From the NCBI GenBank assembly GCA_045643205.1, contig JAZUKI010000010.1:145608-209607 (forward strand): DNA of 64,000 nucleotides, in the 5' to 3' direction. The DNA comes from Clostridia bacterium. GTDB taxonomy: Bacteria > Bacillota > Clostridia > TANB77 > CAG-508. The notes beneath the pieces were generated by a model. It saw only the letters and a list, made by a program, of their open reading frames with translations, was not told where the DNA came from and did no database searches. Position numbers and translations under genes: made by a program. Shown piece by piece: positions 38,649 to 47,815 of the stretch; positions within the stretch are counted from its first letter, which is position 1, and the number at the start of each line of letters is the position of its first letter.

Positions 38649-40532
38649 ATGAACGAAATTAATAATCCAAGTAAATTAAAAAAGTTAAAGATGAATTTTT
38701 CTAAGTTTACAATGAAAGGGGCAGAAGATGTGGACCTAACAGATGTTGATTTAGAAAAACTAGCTCAAAAACCTGTAAAGAAAAGAAAAGAAAATTATCC
38801 ACACACAAGTTACACAACAATCAAAGAATGTTTTTATAAATCATGCAAAGAAAATGCTGACAGACCAGCTATTCTTGAAAAACCTGATCATAAAACACCT
38901 TATCAAGAAGTTACATACAAACAATTATACAAAGATGTTCAAGCATTTGGAACAGCCATAACAAAGGTATTAAACAAACCTAATGCTAGAATTTTAATTA
39001 CAGGTGAAACACAATACGGATGGTATTTATCTTATATGACAGCTCTTTGCGGCGCAGGATTAGCAATTCCTGTTGATAGAGAATTACCTGATAATGAACT
39101 TGAAAATGTAATTAATAGATCAAAAGCTAATATAGTTATATATTCATCTAGAAAAGCTGATTCAATAAAGAAAATAAGAAAAAATATTCCATCAGTTGAA
39201 TATTTTATTGAAATGAATTCAGACAGCGCTTTAGATGGACAAGATATTGGATTAAAAACATTATTAGAATTAGGAAGAAATGTTGTTGAATCTGGAGATG
39301 ATAGTTTCAGTAAAATTGAAATAGATCCTGATGAATTTAAAGTTTTAATATTTACATCTGGAACAACATCAAATTCAAAAGGCGTAATGATTTGCAATAG
39401 AAGTTTAGCTGAAAACATTAATGCTATTACTGCATATGTAACATTATACCCAACCGATAGATTATTTTCAGTTTTACCATTACATCATACATATGAATCA
39501 ACAATCGGTTTCTTATACCCAATGGCAATGGGAGCATCAGTTGCTGTTTGCGAAGGATTAAGATACATTCTTCCAAATATTCAAGAATCAAAGCCAACTT
39601 CAATCTTAGCAGTTCCATTACTAATTGAAACAATTTATAAGAAAATTAATGAAGGAATTAAGAAGAGTCATAAATCAACAGTAGTTACATCAATGATTGC
39701 TACAACAAACTTACTAAAAAAAGCAGGATTAGATATAAAGAAAAGAGTATTTAAAGATATTTATGATCAATTAGGAGGAAGACTAAGAATTATTGTTTCT
39801 GCAGCAGCACCTATTGATAAAAAAGCAGGAAAATGGCTAGAAGATATTGGAGTTATATTCTTACAAGGATATGGTTTAACAGAAACTTGTCCAATTTCAG
39901 CAATTACACCAGATTTTGATCCTAATATTGGCTCAGCTGGAAAATTGATTTGGCAAGCAGAAGCTAAAGTTATAGATAAAAATGATGAAGGTGAAGGAGA
40001 AATTTGTATTAAAACTCCTACAATCATGTTAGGCTATTATGAAAATGAAGAAGAAACAAAGAAAGTTATAGATGAAGAAGGATTCTTCCATACAGGAGAT
40101 ATTGGATATATTGATAATGAAGGATTTATCTATATTACTGGAAGAAGCAAAAACGTTATTGTAACTCAAAATGGTAAAAATATTTATCCAGAAGAAATTG
40201 AACTATTATTAAATAAAGTTCCAGAAATAAAAGAATCTATGGTTTATGGAAAAGAACCAGAAGGCGAATTGGCAAAGAGAAAAGATTCTAAAGAGTTAAT
40301 TATTACAGCAAAAGTTATTCCGAACACAACTGAGATTGAAAAAATACATGGAAAAGATTTAACAGATGAGCAAATTAAAGAAATTATTTGGAATAAAGTA
40401 AAAGAAGTAAATAAAAAATTAACAGGATACAAAGCTGTTAAAGAATTAGAAATTAAAGAAGGCGAATTTGAAAAGACTTCTACAATGAAAATAAAAAGAT
40501 TTAAGGAAAGCACAAAAAAAGCCAACAAATAG
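38649..40532 (+). CDS. Long-chain fatty acid--CoA ligase (AMP-binding family)
   Basis: FTSGTTSNSKG, QGYGLTET, FHTGDIG, GRSKNVIV...GKNIYPEEIE. Confidence 0.9.
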   Translation: MNEINNPSKLKKLKMNFSKFTMKGAEDVDLTDVDLEKLAQKPVKKRKENYPHTSYTTIKECFYKSCKENADRPAILEKPDHKTPYQEVTYKQLYKDVQAFGTAITKVLNKPNARILITGETQYGWYLSYMTALCGAGLAIPVDRELPDNELENVINRSKANIVIYSSRKADSIKKIRKNIPSVEYFIEMNSDSALDGQDIGLKTLLELGRNVVESGDDSFSKIEIDPDEFKVLIFTSGTTSNSKGVMICNRSLAENINAITAYVTLYPTDRLFSVLPLHHTYESTIGFLYPMAMGASVAVCEGLRYILPNIQESKPTSILAVPLLIETIYKKINEGIKKSHKSTVVTSMIATTNLLKKAGLDIKKRVFKDIYDQLGGRLRIIVSAAAPIDKKAGKWLEDIGVIFLQGYGLTETCPISAITPDFDPNIGSAGKLIWQAEAKVIDKNDEGEGEICIKTPTIMLGYYENEEETKKVIDEEGFFHTGDIGYIDNEGFIYITGRSKNVIVTQNGKNIYPEEIELLLNKVPEIKESMVYGKEPEGELAKRKDSKELIITAKVIPNTTEIEKIHGKDLTDEQIKEIIWNKVKEVNKKLTGYKAVKELEIKEGEFEKTSTMKIKRFKESTKKANK

Positions 40533-40637
40533 AAAGCAAAAAACATATTGAAATTGCCAATAATTAGCAATGTAATAAATGAAATATTTTAATGTAAAAA
40601 GTTCATGAGAGACTAGGGAAATAATATTTTAGAACTT

Positions 40638-40723
40638 TGTAATAAAAATGTAATATTTGTAATAAAAGTGTAAATCAATATAGATTGTTTTTGATTGACT
40701 TTTAATTAGCACTTGTATAAAAT
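40638..40723 (+). promoter_or_regulatory. Double WalR-like direct-repeat operator plus SigA promoter
   Basis: TGTAAT-N5-TGTAAT-ATT-TGTAAT-N5-TGTAAA, 20 bp, then TTGACT-17-TAAAAT. Confidence 0.6.
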
Positions 40724-40777
40724 ACTAGGTATATTGGAAGAGTATATCTAGTATTTTTCAATATTTAGGAGGTAAAT

Positions 40778-42175
40778 ATGTTTACAATGCCTAGAAAAGG
40801 GATAGTAAACGTGAAGATGGTAATCACGGAAGAAAAGATATTATCTAATATCGAGAAAGTTCATAGAATTATTAATCCTGATAGCAAAAAACAAATTATT
40901 GAGTTAGATGATAATTCTTACTTTAAAGATTTAATAGAATCTATCAAAACATACTTAATTGAATATCCAAAAAAGAAGAATTTTCCTAAATCTGTTTATG
41001 ATGCAGCATTTAGTTTAGTTGAGTACGCTACAGAACAATTTGATTCAAATACTAAAAAAGTAGAATCTTTAATTAAACAAAGAGAAATAAATACAAAATT
41101 AGGAGCTATTTTAAAACAAACTTTAGCTATTATTCAAACACCTAATTCTGAATGGCAAAAAGCTATTATAAATGTTCAAAATAGATATCCAATTGAGATA
41201 ATAAATGCATTAAATGCAGTTGGATATGAAAATGGAAAAGCAGAGAAGAGTGCAAAATACAAAGAAGCTGTTAAAGTAATAAATGCTAGAATTTCAAATT
41301 TAGAAACAAACTTACATATAGAAATTGATTTAGAAAGAATTGAAGATAAATCTAAAGCATTAAGTTACATTGGAATTGAAATTGCAGATGCATTAAAAAC
41401 AATTCCTACACCACGTGATTCTGAATCATTTGAAACAATTGCACAAACAGAAAATACAGAAATTAAAGCAGAAACAATAGAAGAAGTTGTAGAACCTGCT
41501 ATTGAAGCTATTGCTGAATCTGTTATTGAAGAACAACCAGTTCAACAAATAATAGAACAACCTGTACAAGAAGTTGAAGAAAAACCAGTACAAGTAGAGC
41601 AACCAGTTCAAGAAGTTCAAACAGTTGCACCTAGAAGAATTACAGCTGCTGATATTGCTGAAGCTCAAAGAGAACTTATGGCAGAAGAAATGAAGAGAAG
41701 ACAACAGGCTATGCAACAAACAGCACAACCAGTTCAAACAGTAGTTGAGAAACCTGTAGTTGAAAGACCGGTACAAGTAGCACAACAACCTATGCCACAA
41801 TATGTTCAACCACAAATTAGATACAATCAACAATTAAATGTACCTAGATATGGTCAAGTTATTAATCAACAAAGACAATATGCTGCTCAAATGCAAGCAC
41901 AACAAAGAAGACAACAAGTTATGCAACAAGCAGTAAGACAACCAATTCAACAAGAACAAAGAACACAACAAAATGTTGTTGCTCAAACAGTACAACAAAA
42001 AGAAGTTGCACAATCTAGTATTTATGCAAATCATGTTGAAGAAACTACAAAAGAAGTAAAACCATCATTATGGCAAAGATTTAAAAAGACAAAATTTGCT
42101 AAAGCATTCTCATACTTATTTAAAGTTAGAGTTGTTTTACAATTACCAGAAGGACAAGAAGATCAAAGCAGATAA
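40778..42175 (+). CDS. Hypothetical protein: helical N-domain, E/Q/P/V-rich linker, basic amphipathic C-terminal helix
   Basis: RBS AGGAGG, host-like codon use; alternative GTG start at 40811. Confidence 0.75.
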   Translation: MFTMPRKGIVNVKMVITEEKILSNIEKVHRIINPDSKKQIIELDDNSYFKDLIESIKTYLIEYPKKKNFPKSVYDAAFSLVEYATEQFDSNTKKVESLIKQREINTKLGAILKQTLAIIQTPNSEWQKAIINVQNRYPIEIINALNAVGYENGKAEKSAKYKEAVKVINARISNLETNLHIEIDLERIEDKSKALSYIGIEIADALKTIPTPRDSESFETIAQTENTEIKAETIEEVVEPAIEAIAESVIEEQPVQQIIEQPVQEVEEKPVQVEQPVQEVQTVAPRRITAADIAEAQRELMAEEMKRRQQAMQQTAQPVQTVVEKPVVERPVQVAQQPMPQYVQPQIRYNQQLNVPRYGQVINQQRQYAAQMQAQQRRQQVMQQAVRQPIQQEQRTQQNVVAQTVQQKEVAQSSIYANHVEETTKEVKPSLWQRFKKTKFAKAFSYLFKVRVVLQLPEGQEDQSR

Positions 42176-42186
42176 TTGAGATAAAT

Positions 42187-42220
42187 AAAGCCTCTCAAGA
42201 TAATCTCTTGGGAGGTTTTT
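42187..42220 (+). terminator. Rho-independent terminator
   Basis: GCCTCTCAAGA...TCTTGGGAGGT plus T-tract. Confidence 0.8.
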
Positions 42221-42248
42221 ATTATATAAAAATTATAAGAAAAAACTC

Positions 42249-42277
42249 TTGACATCAAAATGAAAATACCTTATAAT
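42249..42277 (+). promoter_or_regulatory. Consensus SigA promoter for the tRNA pair
   Basis: TTGACA-17bp-TATAAT. Confidence 0.85.
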
Positions 42278-42309
42278 AAATCACGTGCTAGTGAAGAGCT
42301 TTTGCTTAT

Positions 42310-42386
42310 GCGCCTTTAGCTCAGTTGGTCAGAGCATCCGGCTCATAACCGGGCGGTCCAAGGTTCAAATCCTTGAAGGCGCACCA
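42310..42386 (+). tRNA. tRNA with CAT anticodon, most likely tRNA-Ile2 (lysidine)
   Basis: GCGCCTTTAGCTCAGTTGG...CCGG-CTCATAA-CCGG...GGTTCAAATCC...GCACCA; paired first base and no triple G-C anticodon stem, so not initiator; body resembles Firmicutes Ile2. Confidence 0.85.
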
Positions 42387-42417
42387 CTTTTTAAATGCAC
42401 AAATTAAATATCTATAT

Positions 42418-42503
42418 GGGCAGATGGCCGAGTGGCTAAAGGCGGCAGACTGTAAATCTGTTCTCGTAAGGGTACGATGGTTCGAATCCATCTCTGCCCA
42501 CCA
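42418..42503 (+). tRNA. tRNA-Tyr(GTA)
   Basis: GCAGA-CTGTAAA-TCTGT anticodon arm, long variable arm, GGTTCGAATCC, CCA end. Confidence 0.95.
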
Positions 42504-42526
42504 TATAGTGCATAGCACAAAAGGTT

Positions 42527-42555
42527 AGACTAATCAGAAATGATTAGTCTTTTTT
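42527..42555 (+). terminator. Rho-independent terminator after the tRNAs
   Basis: AGACTAATCA-GAAA-TGATTAGTCT plus T-tract. Confidence 0.9.
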
Positions 42556-42570
42556 ATGTTAATTTTTACC

Positions 42571-42674
42571 AAATTTTAAATGCTAAAAATATTAGTTTTT
42601 TCATCAAATCTTAATGCTTTAGAATATTAGATTTTTATTAAATATTAAACATTTAAAATTATTAGTTTTTTCAA
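42571..42674. repeat. Degenerate 35-bp tandem repeat, 3 copies
   Basis: TATTAG at 42590, 42625 and 42660 with similar flanks. Confidence 0.6.
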
Positions 42675-42756
42675 TATTTGTAATGTTTTTGATATGTTAT
42701 TTTTATGTTTTTATGATATAATTTATACACTAAAATAAAGATAAATAGGAGCTAAA

Positions 42757-43092
42757 ATGGATTTATTTTTAAAATGGGAAAAAGATGAAGAAGTTTTTGT
42801 ATTAGGAAAACTTTCTAAGAAAGAAAATAAATATTTTTTTGAAGTAGATAAAGAAGATTTTAAAAATGCAATTAGAAATGGTTGCATTGGAATACCTGGA
42901 TTTAAATTAGGTGAAACTCATTTTGAAAGTGATGAACTGTTTAAATTTTTTAAAAATAGAATTATTTCAGAAGACAGAGAAGATATTAAAGAAATTTTAA
43001 AAAAATACAATTTAGAAGAGTATGATGATATGAAATTATTAAAAGTAACAAAAGCAGAGTTAAATGGTGATAATTATTTTGTAGAGGAGTAG
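42757..43092 (+). CDS. HipA N-terminal subdomain (HipS-like) protein
   Basis: VLGKL...YFFE...IPGF...LFKFFKNRI..DREDI..IL..YNL...D..LL..T pattern; 3 nt from the kinase start. Confidence 0.65.
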   Translation: MDLFLKWEKDEEVFVLGKLSKKENKYFFEVDKEDFKNAIRNGCIGIPGFKLGETHFESDELFKFFKNRIISEDREDIKEILKKYNLEEYDDMKLLKVTKAELNGDNYFVEE

Positions 43093-43095
43093 TTA

Positions 43096-44190
43096 ATGGC
43101 TAGAACAAATAGTAGTTTTAAAAAAAGTATAAAAAATAATATGGGTATGAATATTAGCGGAAATGAGTTTATTAACTATTTTGAAAAATACAATGGGATA
43201 TATTATATAAATCCTAAACAATATATTATATTAGCAGATTCTACAGATATTTATAAAAGTGCTAAAGGTTGGATTATTGCAACTCCAACATCATTACAAG
43301 ATATAACAGCTCCTAGAAAAGAATGCCTTTTAAAATTATATGGTTATGAAAATGATTGTGATGGACATACAAAAACTGATATGCAAATGTTAAAAGCTAA
43401 TAATTATATTCTTTCAGAAATAGCAAAAGATTTTAAATTAGAAGCAGCAGATTATGCAAGATTTATAATTAATGATGGTATGGATGGCGAATTAGCTAGA
43501 GAAGAAAATTTCGAAAAGATAACAAGCAATGGTATCCAATATAGACTGCAACCCAATAAAGAATATATTTTAACACCATCATTTTTAAAAAAGGATGAAT
43601 CACTAATTAAATTTGGAGATATAATTTCTGATAATATGGAAAACAATGTTACAGTTATTTGGAAACAATTAGAAAAGTTCCTAATTAGTAGAAATATACC
43701 AAAAAATGATATAAGTGCTATAAGAAAACAATATGCATTAAAATCATTATTTGGAGCCTTTGTAGAACTAAATGACAATCATAATTATAATGATGGCTTA
43801 GTTCTTACAGAAAATAGAACTAACAGATCAGCGAGATTAGCACCAGCATTTGATATGGATTATGCAATGGGAATTTATCATCTTTCTAGAGTTGGAGGTC
43901 CAATTACATTTATAAAAAGTGCAAGTAATGGCGGATTTGAATTTAGCGATATGTTAAAAGAATTTGAAAAGGATTTAACTAAACAAGATTTAGAAGAATT
44001 AATGATTAATATACATCCAGATAAGTTGGCAACTACTATATTAGAAGTAGATAAACAACATAAATTAGAATTAGCAGATAATGTTATAACAAGATATATA
44101 CAATTTTTTTGTAATAAATATAAAGAGATGGAAAATTTCTATGAGCATAAATATAATAAAGATATCGAAAGCAAAGAAAATAATTATTAG
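43096..44190 (+). CDS. HipA-like Ser/Thr kinase
   Basis: Catalytic loop NDNHNYN (D-x-H-x-x-N), LAPAFD Mg-binding motif, KGW and LLK in the N-lobe. Confidence 0.75.
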   Translation: MARTNSSFKKSIKNNMGMNISGNEFINYFEKYNGIYYINPKQYIILADSTDIYKSAKGWIIATPTSLQDITAPRKECLLKLYGYENDCDGHTKTDMQMLKANNYILSEIAKDFKLEAADYARFIINDGMDGELAREENFEKITSNGIQYRLQPNKEYILTPSFLKKDESLIKFGDIISDNMENNVTVIWKQLEKFLISRNIPKNDISAIRKQYALKSLFGAFVELNDNHNYNDGLVLTENRTNRSARLAPAFDMDYAMGIYHLSRVGGPITFIKSASNGGFEFSDMLKEFEKDLTKQDLEELMINIHPDKLATTILEVDKQHKLELADNVITRYIQFFCNKYKEMENFYEHKYNKDIESKENNY

Positions 44191-45376
44191 TATTTTAATT
44201 GCAATTCTATTAGTTATTTTATCAATTGGTGGATATTTCTTATATATAAATATAAGAGAAAATAATGAGTATGAAACAGCATTAACATTAATAGATGATT
44301 TAAATATAGAAGCAGGAAAATATATTAAATTAAGAGACTTAATAAGTAATTTAAATGGAACAGAAGAAGAAAATTTTATTATTAATACTTCAAAATGTGG
44401 GGAAAACATTATTACATTTAAGTATAAATGTCCACATGGAATAGAACATGAAAAAACATTTACTATTAATATAAAAGATACTATAGCTCCAAAGATTCTA
44501 AGTGATGACAGCTATACAATAACAAAAGGAAGCACAGAAGATTTAACTAAAAAGATATTTGCAGTAGATAATATTTGTGGAAAACTAAAAACAAAAATTA
44601 TAGGTGATTATAATACAAACAAAGTAGGAAACTATAATGTTATTTTTTCAGCAAAAGATGATAATAATAACGAAAGCTTAAAAAATGTTACATTTAAAGT
44701 AATTGAACCTAAAGAAACAAGCGATAATAAGACTACAAATAATAAATTAGAATATACAGATATAGTTAAAGAACATAAAAATAAAAATACTAAAATCGGT
44801 ATTGATATTTCTGGCTATCAAAAAGACATTGATTGGGATATATTAAAAGCAAGAGGAATTGAATTTGCTTTTATCAAGATTGGATATCAAGAAGGATTTG
44901 GTGGCCAACTAGGATATGATTCTCGTTTTGAAAGAAATATGAGAGAAGCGAATAGAGTAGGAATTCCTGTTGGAGGATATTTCTTTTCATATGCAAAAAC
45001 TCCAGATGAAATAAAAGAACAAACAAAATTTATTTCTGAAGGATTATCAAAGTATAAAGTTGATCTTCCAATTTATTTTGATTGGGAAGACTGGTCAGAT
45101 ATGAATAGACAAGAATTAAGCATATATGATATGAATTTAATGGCACATGTTTTCGATGAAGAAATTCAAAAATATGGATATAATTCTGGTTTGTATAGCA
45201 GTGCTTACTATTTAAAAAATATTTGGAATGGTGAAGAATTTAATAATATATGGATAGCACAATACAATAATGAGGTTACTTACAAAGGAAAATACTACAT
45301 TTGGCAAAGATGTGACTATGGCCACATTGAAGGAATAGATGGAAGTCTAGATATAGACATTATGTATTTAAATTAA
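44141..45376 (+). CDS. Membrane-anchored GH25 lysozyme with an Ig-like stalk
   Basis: N-terminal TM, DTIAPKI...YNTNKVGNYNV Ig-like domain, GIDISGYQ, YFFSYA, YFDWE, IWIAQY, DIDIMY; start uncertain. Confidence 0.88.
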   Translation: MSINIIKISKAKKIIISILIAILLVILSIGGYFLYINIRENNEYETALTLIDDLNIEAGKYIKLRDLISNLNGTEEENFIINTSKCGENIITFKYKCPHGIEHEKTFTINIKDTIAPKILSDDSYTITKGSTEDLTKKIFAVDNICGKLKTKIIGDYNTNKVGNYNVIFSAKDDNNNESLKNVTFKVIEPKETSDNKTTNNKLEYTDIVKEHKNKNTKIGIDISGYQKDIDWDILKARGIEFAFIKIGYQEGFGGQLGYDSRFERNMREANRVGIPVGGYFFSYAKTPDEIKEQTKFISEGLSKYKVDLPIYFDWEDWSDMNRQELSIYDMNLMAHVFDEEIQKYGYNSGLYSSAYYLKNIWNGEEFNNIWIAQYNNEVTYKGKYYIWQRCDYGHIEGIDGSLDIDIMYLN

Positions 45377-45524
45377 AACAGTTATGAATTAAGTTTTTAA
45401 TAAAATTAAGATTAAATTTTAATTTAATTAAGATTATATTTTTATTTAAAAGATTATATTTAATTAAGTACTTAAAAGGTTATTTTGCATAATCAATAAC
45501 CTAATATTATAAAAGAGGTATATT

Positions 45525-47750
45525 ATGGACATTATTAATGTAATAGCTACAGAGTTGGGTGTAAAGGACACTCAAGTACAAAAAACTATCGAGTTAATCG
45601 ATCAAGGAAACACAGTTCCTTTTATTGCAAGATATAGAAAGGAAGTAACAGGAAATCTATCAGATGAACAATTAAGAGATTTAAATGATAGACTAACTTA
45701 TTTAAGAAACTTAGAAGCAAGAAAACAAGAAGTTACAACATCAATTGAAAATCAAGGAAAGATGACTGAAGAAATAGCAAATGCTTTATCGCTAGCTATG
45801 ACTTTAGCTGATGTTGAAGATATTTACAGACCTTATAAGCAAAAGAAAAAAACAAGAGCAACAGTTGCAAAAGCTAAAGGTTTGGAACCACTTGCTAATG
45901 AAATATTTGCTCAAGAATCTACATCATCAATTTTTGAAGAAGCAAAGAATTATTTAAATGATGAAGTAGAAACTCCTGAGGATGCTTTAGCAGGAGCTAA
46001 AGATATAATTGCTGAACAAATTTCTGATGATACTGAATTCAGAAAAATGATTAAAAAAATATATAATAAAGAAGCTGTTATAAAAACAGAAGGAACTAAA
46101 CCAGAAGAAAAAACAAATTATAATATGTATTATGAGTTTGAAGAAAAGGTTGGTTCAATTCCAAGTCACAGAATTCTAGCTATAAATAGAGGTGAAAAGG
46201 AAGAGTTCTTAAAAGTAAAAATAGCAAAACCAGATGACAAGATTCTTTATTCAATTGTTAAGAAAGTAATTAAAAATTGGGATGCTGTTTTAAAATTCAA
46301 AGATAACTTAACTGAAATTAATATAGATAATGTTACTTCCGATGTTTCAAGAGAAGAATTAATTGTTGAAGCAATTGTTGATGGATGGTACAGATTAACT
46401 GAGCCATCAGTAGATAGAGAAATTAGAGCAGATTTAACTGAAAAAGCTGATGAGCAAGCTATTAAGGTTTTTGGAAAGAATGCTAAACAATTATTATTAG
46501 GTGCACCATTAAAAGGATTAACTGTTTTAGGATTTGACCCTGCATATAGAACAGGATGTAAATTAGCAATTATCGATGAAACAGGAAAAGTTTTAGGAAC
46601 TGGAGTTGTTTATCCAACAGAACCTCAAAATGATATTGATGGCGCTAGAAAAACTTTAATTGATATGTTTGATAAATATGGAATCAACATGGTCGCAATT
46701 GGAAACGGAACAGCATCAAGAGAATCTGAACAATTTGTTTCTGATACAATAAAAGAATATAAAGTAAAAACAAATAAAGATGTTTATTATGCAATAGTAA
46801 GTGAAGCTGGAGCTTCTGTTTATTCAGCATCAAAACTTGCAACAGAAGAATATCCTGATCTTAATGTTTCATTAAGAGGAGCTATTTCAATTGCAAGACG
46901 TCTACAAGATCCATTAGCAGAATTCGTTAAAATTGATCCTAAAGCTATTGGCATTGGACAATATCAACATGATGTTGATCAAAAGAAATTATCTGAAAAC
47001 TTAAGTGAAGTAGTAGAAGATGCTGTTAATGAAGTTGGTGTAGATATTAATACTGCAACACCATCATTACTTCAATATGTAGCTGGTATTAATTCGGGAG
47101 TTGCTAAGAACATTGTTAAATATAGAGATGAAAATGGTAAATTTACTGAAAGAAAAGAACTATTAAATGTTCCTAAATTAGGTAAAGTTGCGTATGAACA
47201 ATGCGCAGGTTTCATAAGGGTTCCTGACGGAAAGAATCCACTAGAAATTACTGCTGTTCACCCTGAGTCATATAAGCAAACTGAAAAATTGTTAAAGTTA
47301 ATTGAAGCTAAAAAAGAAGATTTATTAGATAAAGAAAAATTAACTCACATTAGATTAAAATTAAATGAATTGAATGTTTCAAAAACAGCTCAAGAATTAG
47401 AAATTGGTGAGCCAACATTAAAAGATATTATTGAAGAATTAGAGAAGCCAGGAAGAGATCCTCGTGATGATATGCCTAAACCAATTTTAAGATCAGATGT
47501 TTTAAAATTTGAAGACTTACAAGTAGGACAAGAATTGACTGGAACAGTTAGAAACATTACAGACTTCGGAGCATTTGTTGATGTAGGAGTTAAGCATGAT
47601 GGATTAGTTCATATTTCTGAATTATCAGATAAATTTGTAAAGAATCCATCTGAAATAGTTTCAATTGGAGACATTGTAAAAGTTAAAGTAATTGATATCG
47701 ATTTTGAAAAACAAAAAGTTAAATTATCAATGAAAGGTATTGCACAATAA
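45525..47750 (+). CDS. tex: Tex RNA-binding transcriptional accessory protein
   Basis: GNTVPFIARYRKE, DPAYRTGCK, SEAGASVYSAS, C-terminal S1 domain. Confidence 0.96.
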   Translation: MDIINVIATELGVKDTQVQKTIELIDQGNTVPFIARYRKEVTGNLSDEQLRDLNDRLTYLRNLEARKQEVTTSIENQGKMTEEIANALSLAMTLADVEDIYRPYKQKKKTRATVAKAKGLEPLANEIFAQESTSSIFEEAKNYLNDEVETPEDALAGAKDIIAEQISDDTEFRKMIKKIYNKEAVIKTEGTKPEEKTNYNMYYEFEEKVGSIPSHRILAINRGEKEEFLKVKIAKPDDKILYSIVKKVIKNWDAVLKFKDNLTEINIDNVTSDVSREELIVEAIVDGWYRLTEPSVDREIRADLTEKADEQAIKVFGKNAKQLLLGAPLKGLTVLGFDPAYRTGCKLAIIDETGKVLGTGVVYPTEPQNDIDGARKTLIDMFDKYGINMVAIGNGTASRESEQFVSDTIKEYKVKTNKDVYYAIVSEAGASVYSASKLATEEYPDLNVSLRGAISIARRLQDPLAEFVKIDPKAIGIGQYQHDVDQKKLSENLSEVVEDAVNEVGVDINTATPSLLQYVAGINSGVAKNIVKYRDENGKFTERKELLNVPKLGKVAYEQCAGFIRVPDGKNPLEITAVHPESYKQTEKLLKLIEAKKEDLLDKEKLTHIRLKLNELNVSKTAQELEIGEPTLKDIIEELEKPGRDPRDDMPKPILRSDVLKFEDLQVGQELTGTVRNITDFGAFVDVGVKHDGLVHISELSDKFVKNPSEIVSIGDIVKVKVIDIDFEKQKVKLSMKGIAQ

Positions 47751-47763
47751 AATAATTGAATTT

Positions 47764-47811
47764 AAAAGAACCTAATCGAAGAAAATTGATTCTTCAAATT
47801 AGGTTCTTTTT
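47764..47811. terminator. Bidirectional terminator between convergent genes
   Basis: AAAAGAACCTAAT...ATTAGGTTCTTTT. Confidence 0.85.
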
Positions 47812-47815
47812 CATT

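Noticed and set aside
42310-42386. Initiator tRNA-fMet
   Set aside because: First base pair G-C is intact and the anticodon stem lacks three consecutive G-C pairs; the body fits Ile2 better
42321-42518. 65-aa minus-strand ORF
   Set aside because: Antisense shadow of the two tRNA genes
42503-45524. Prophage or integrative element at tRNA-Tyr with GH25 as endolysin
   Set aside because: No integrase, holin or structural genes, no duplicated tRNA 3' end seen, and the GH25 has a TM anchor typical of cellular enzymes
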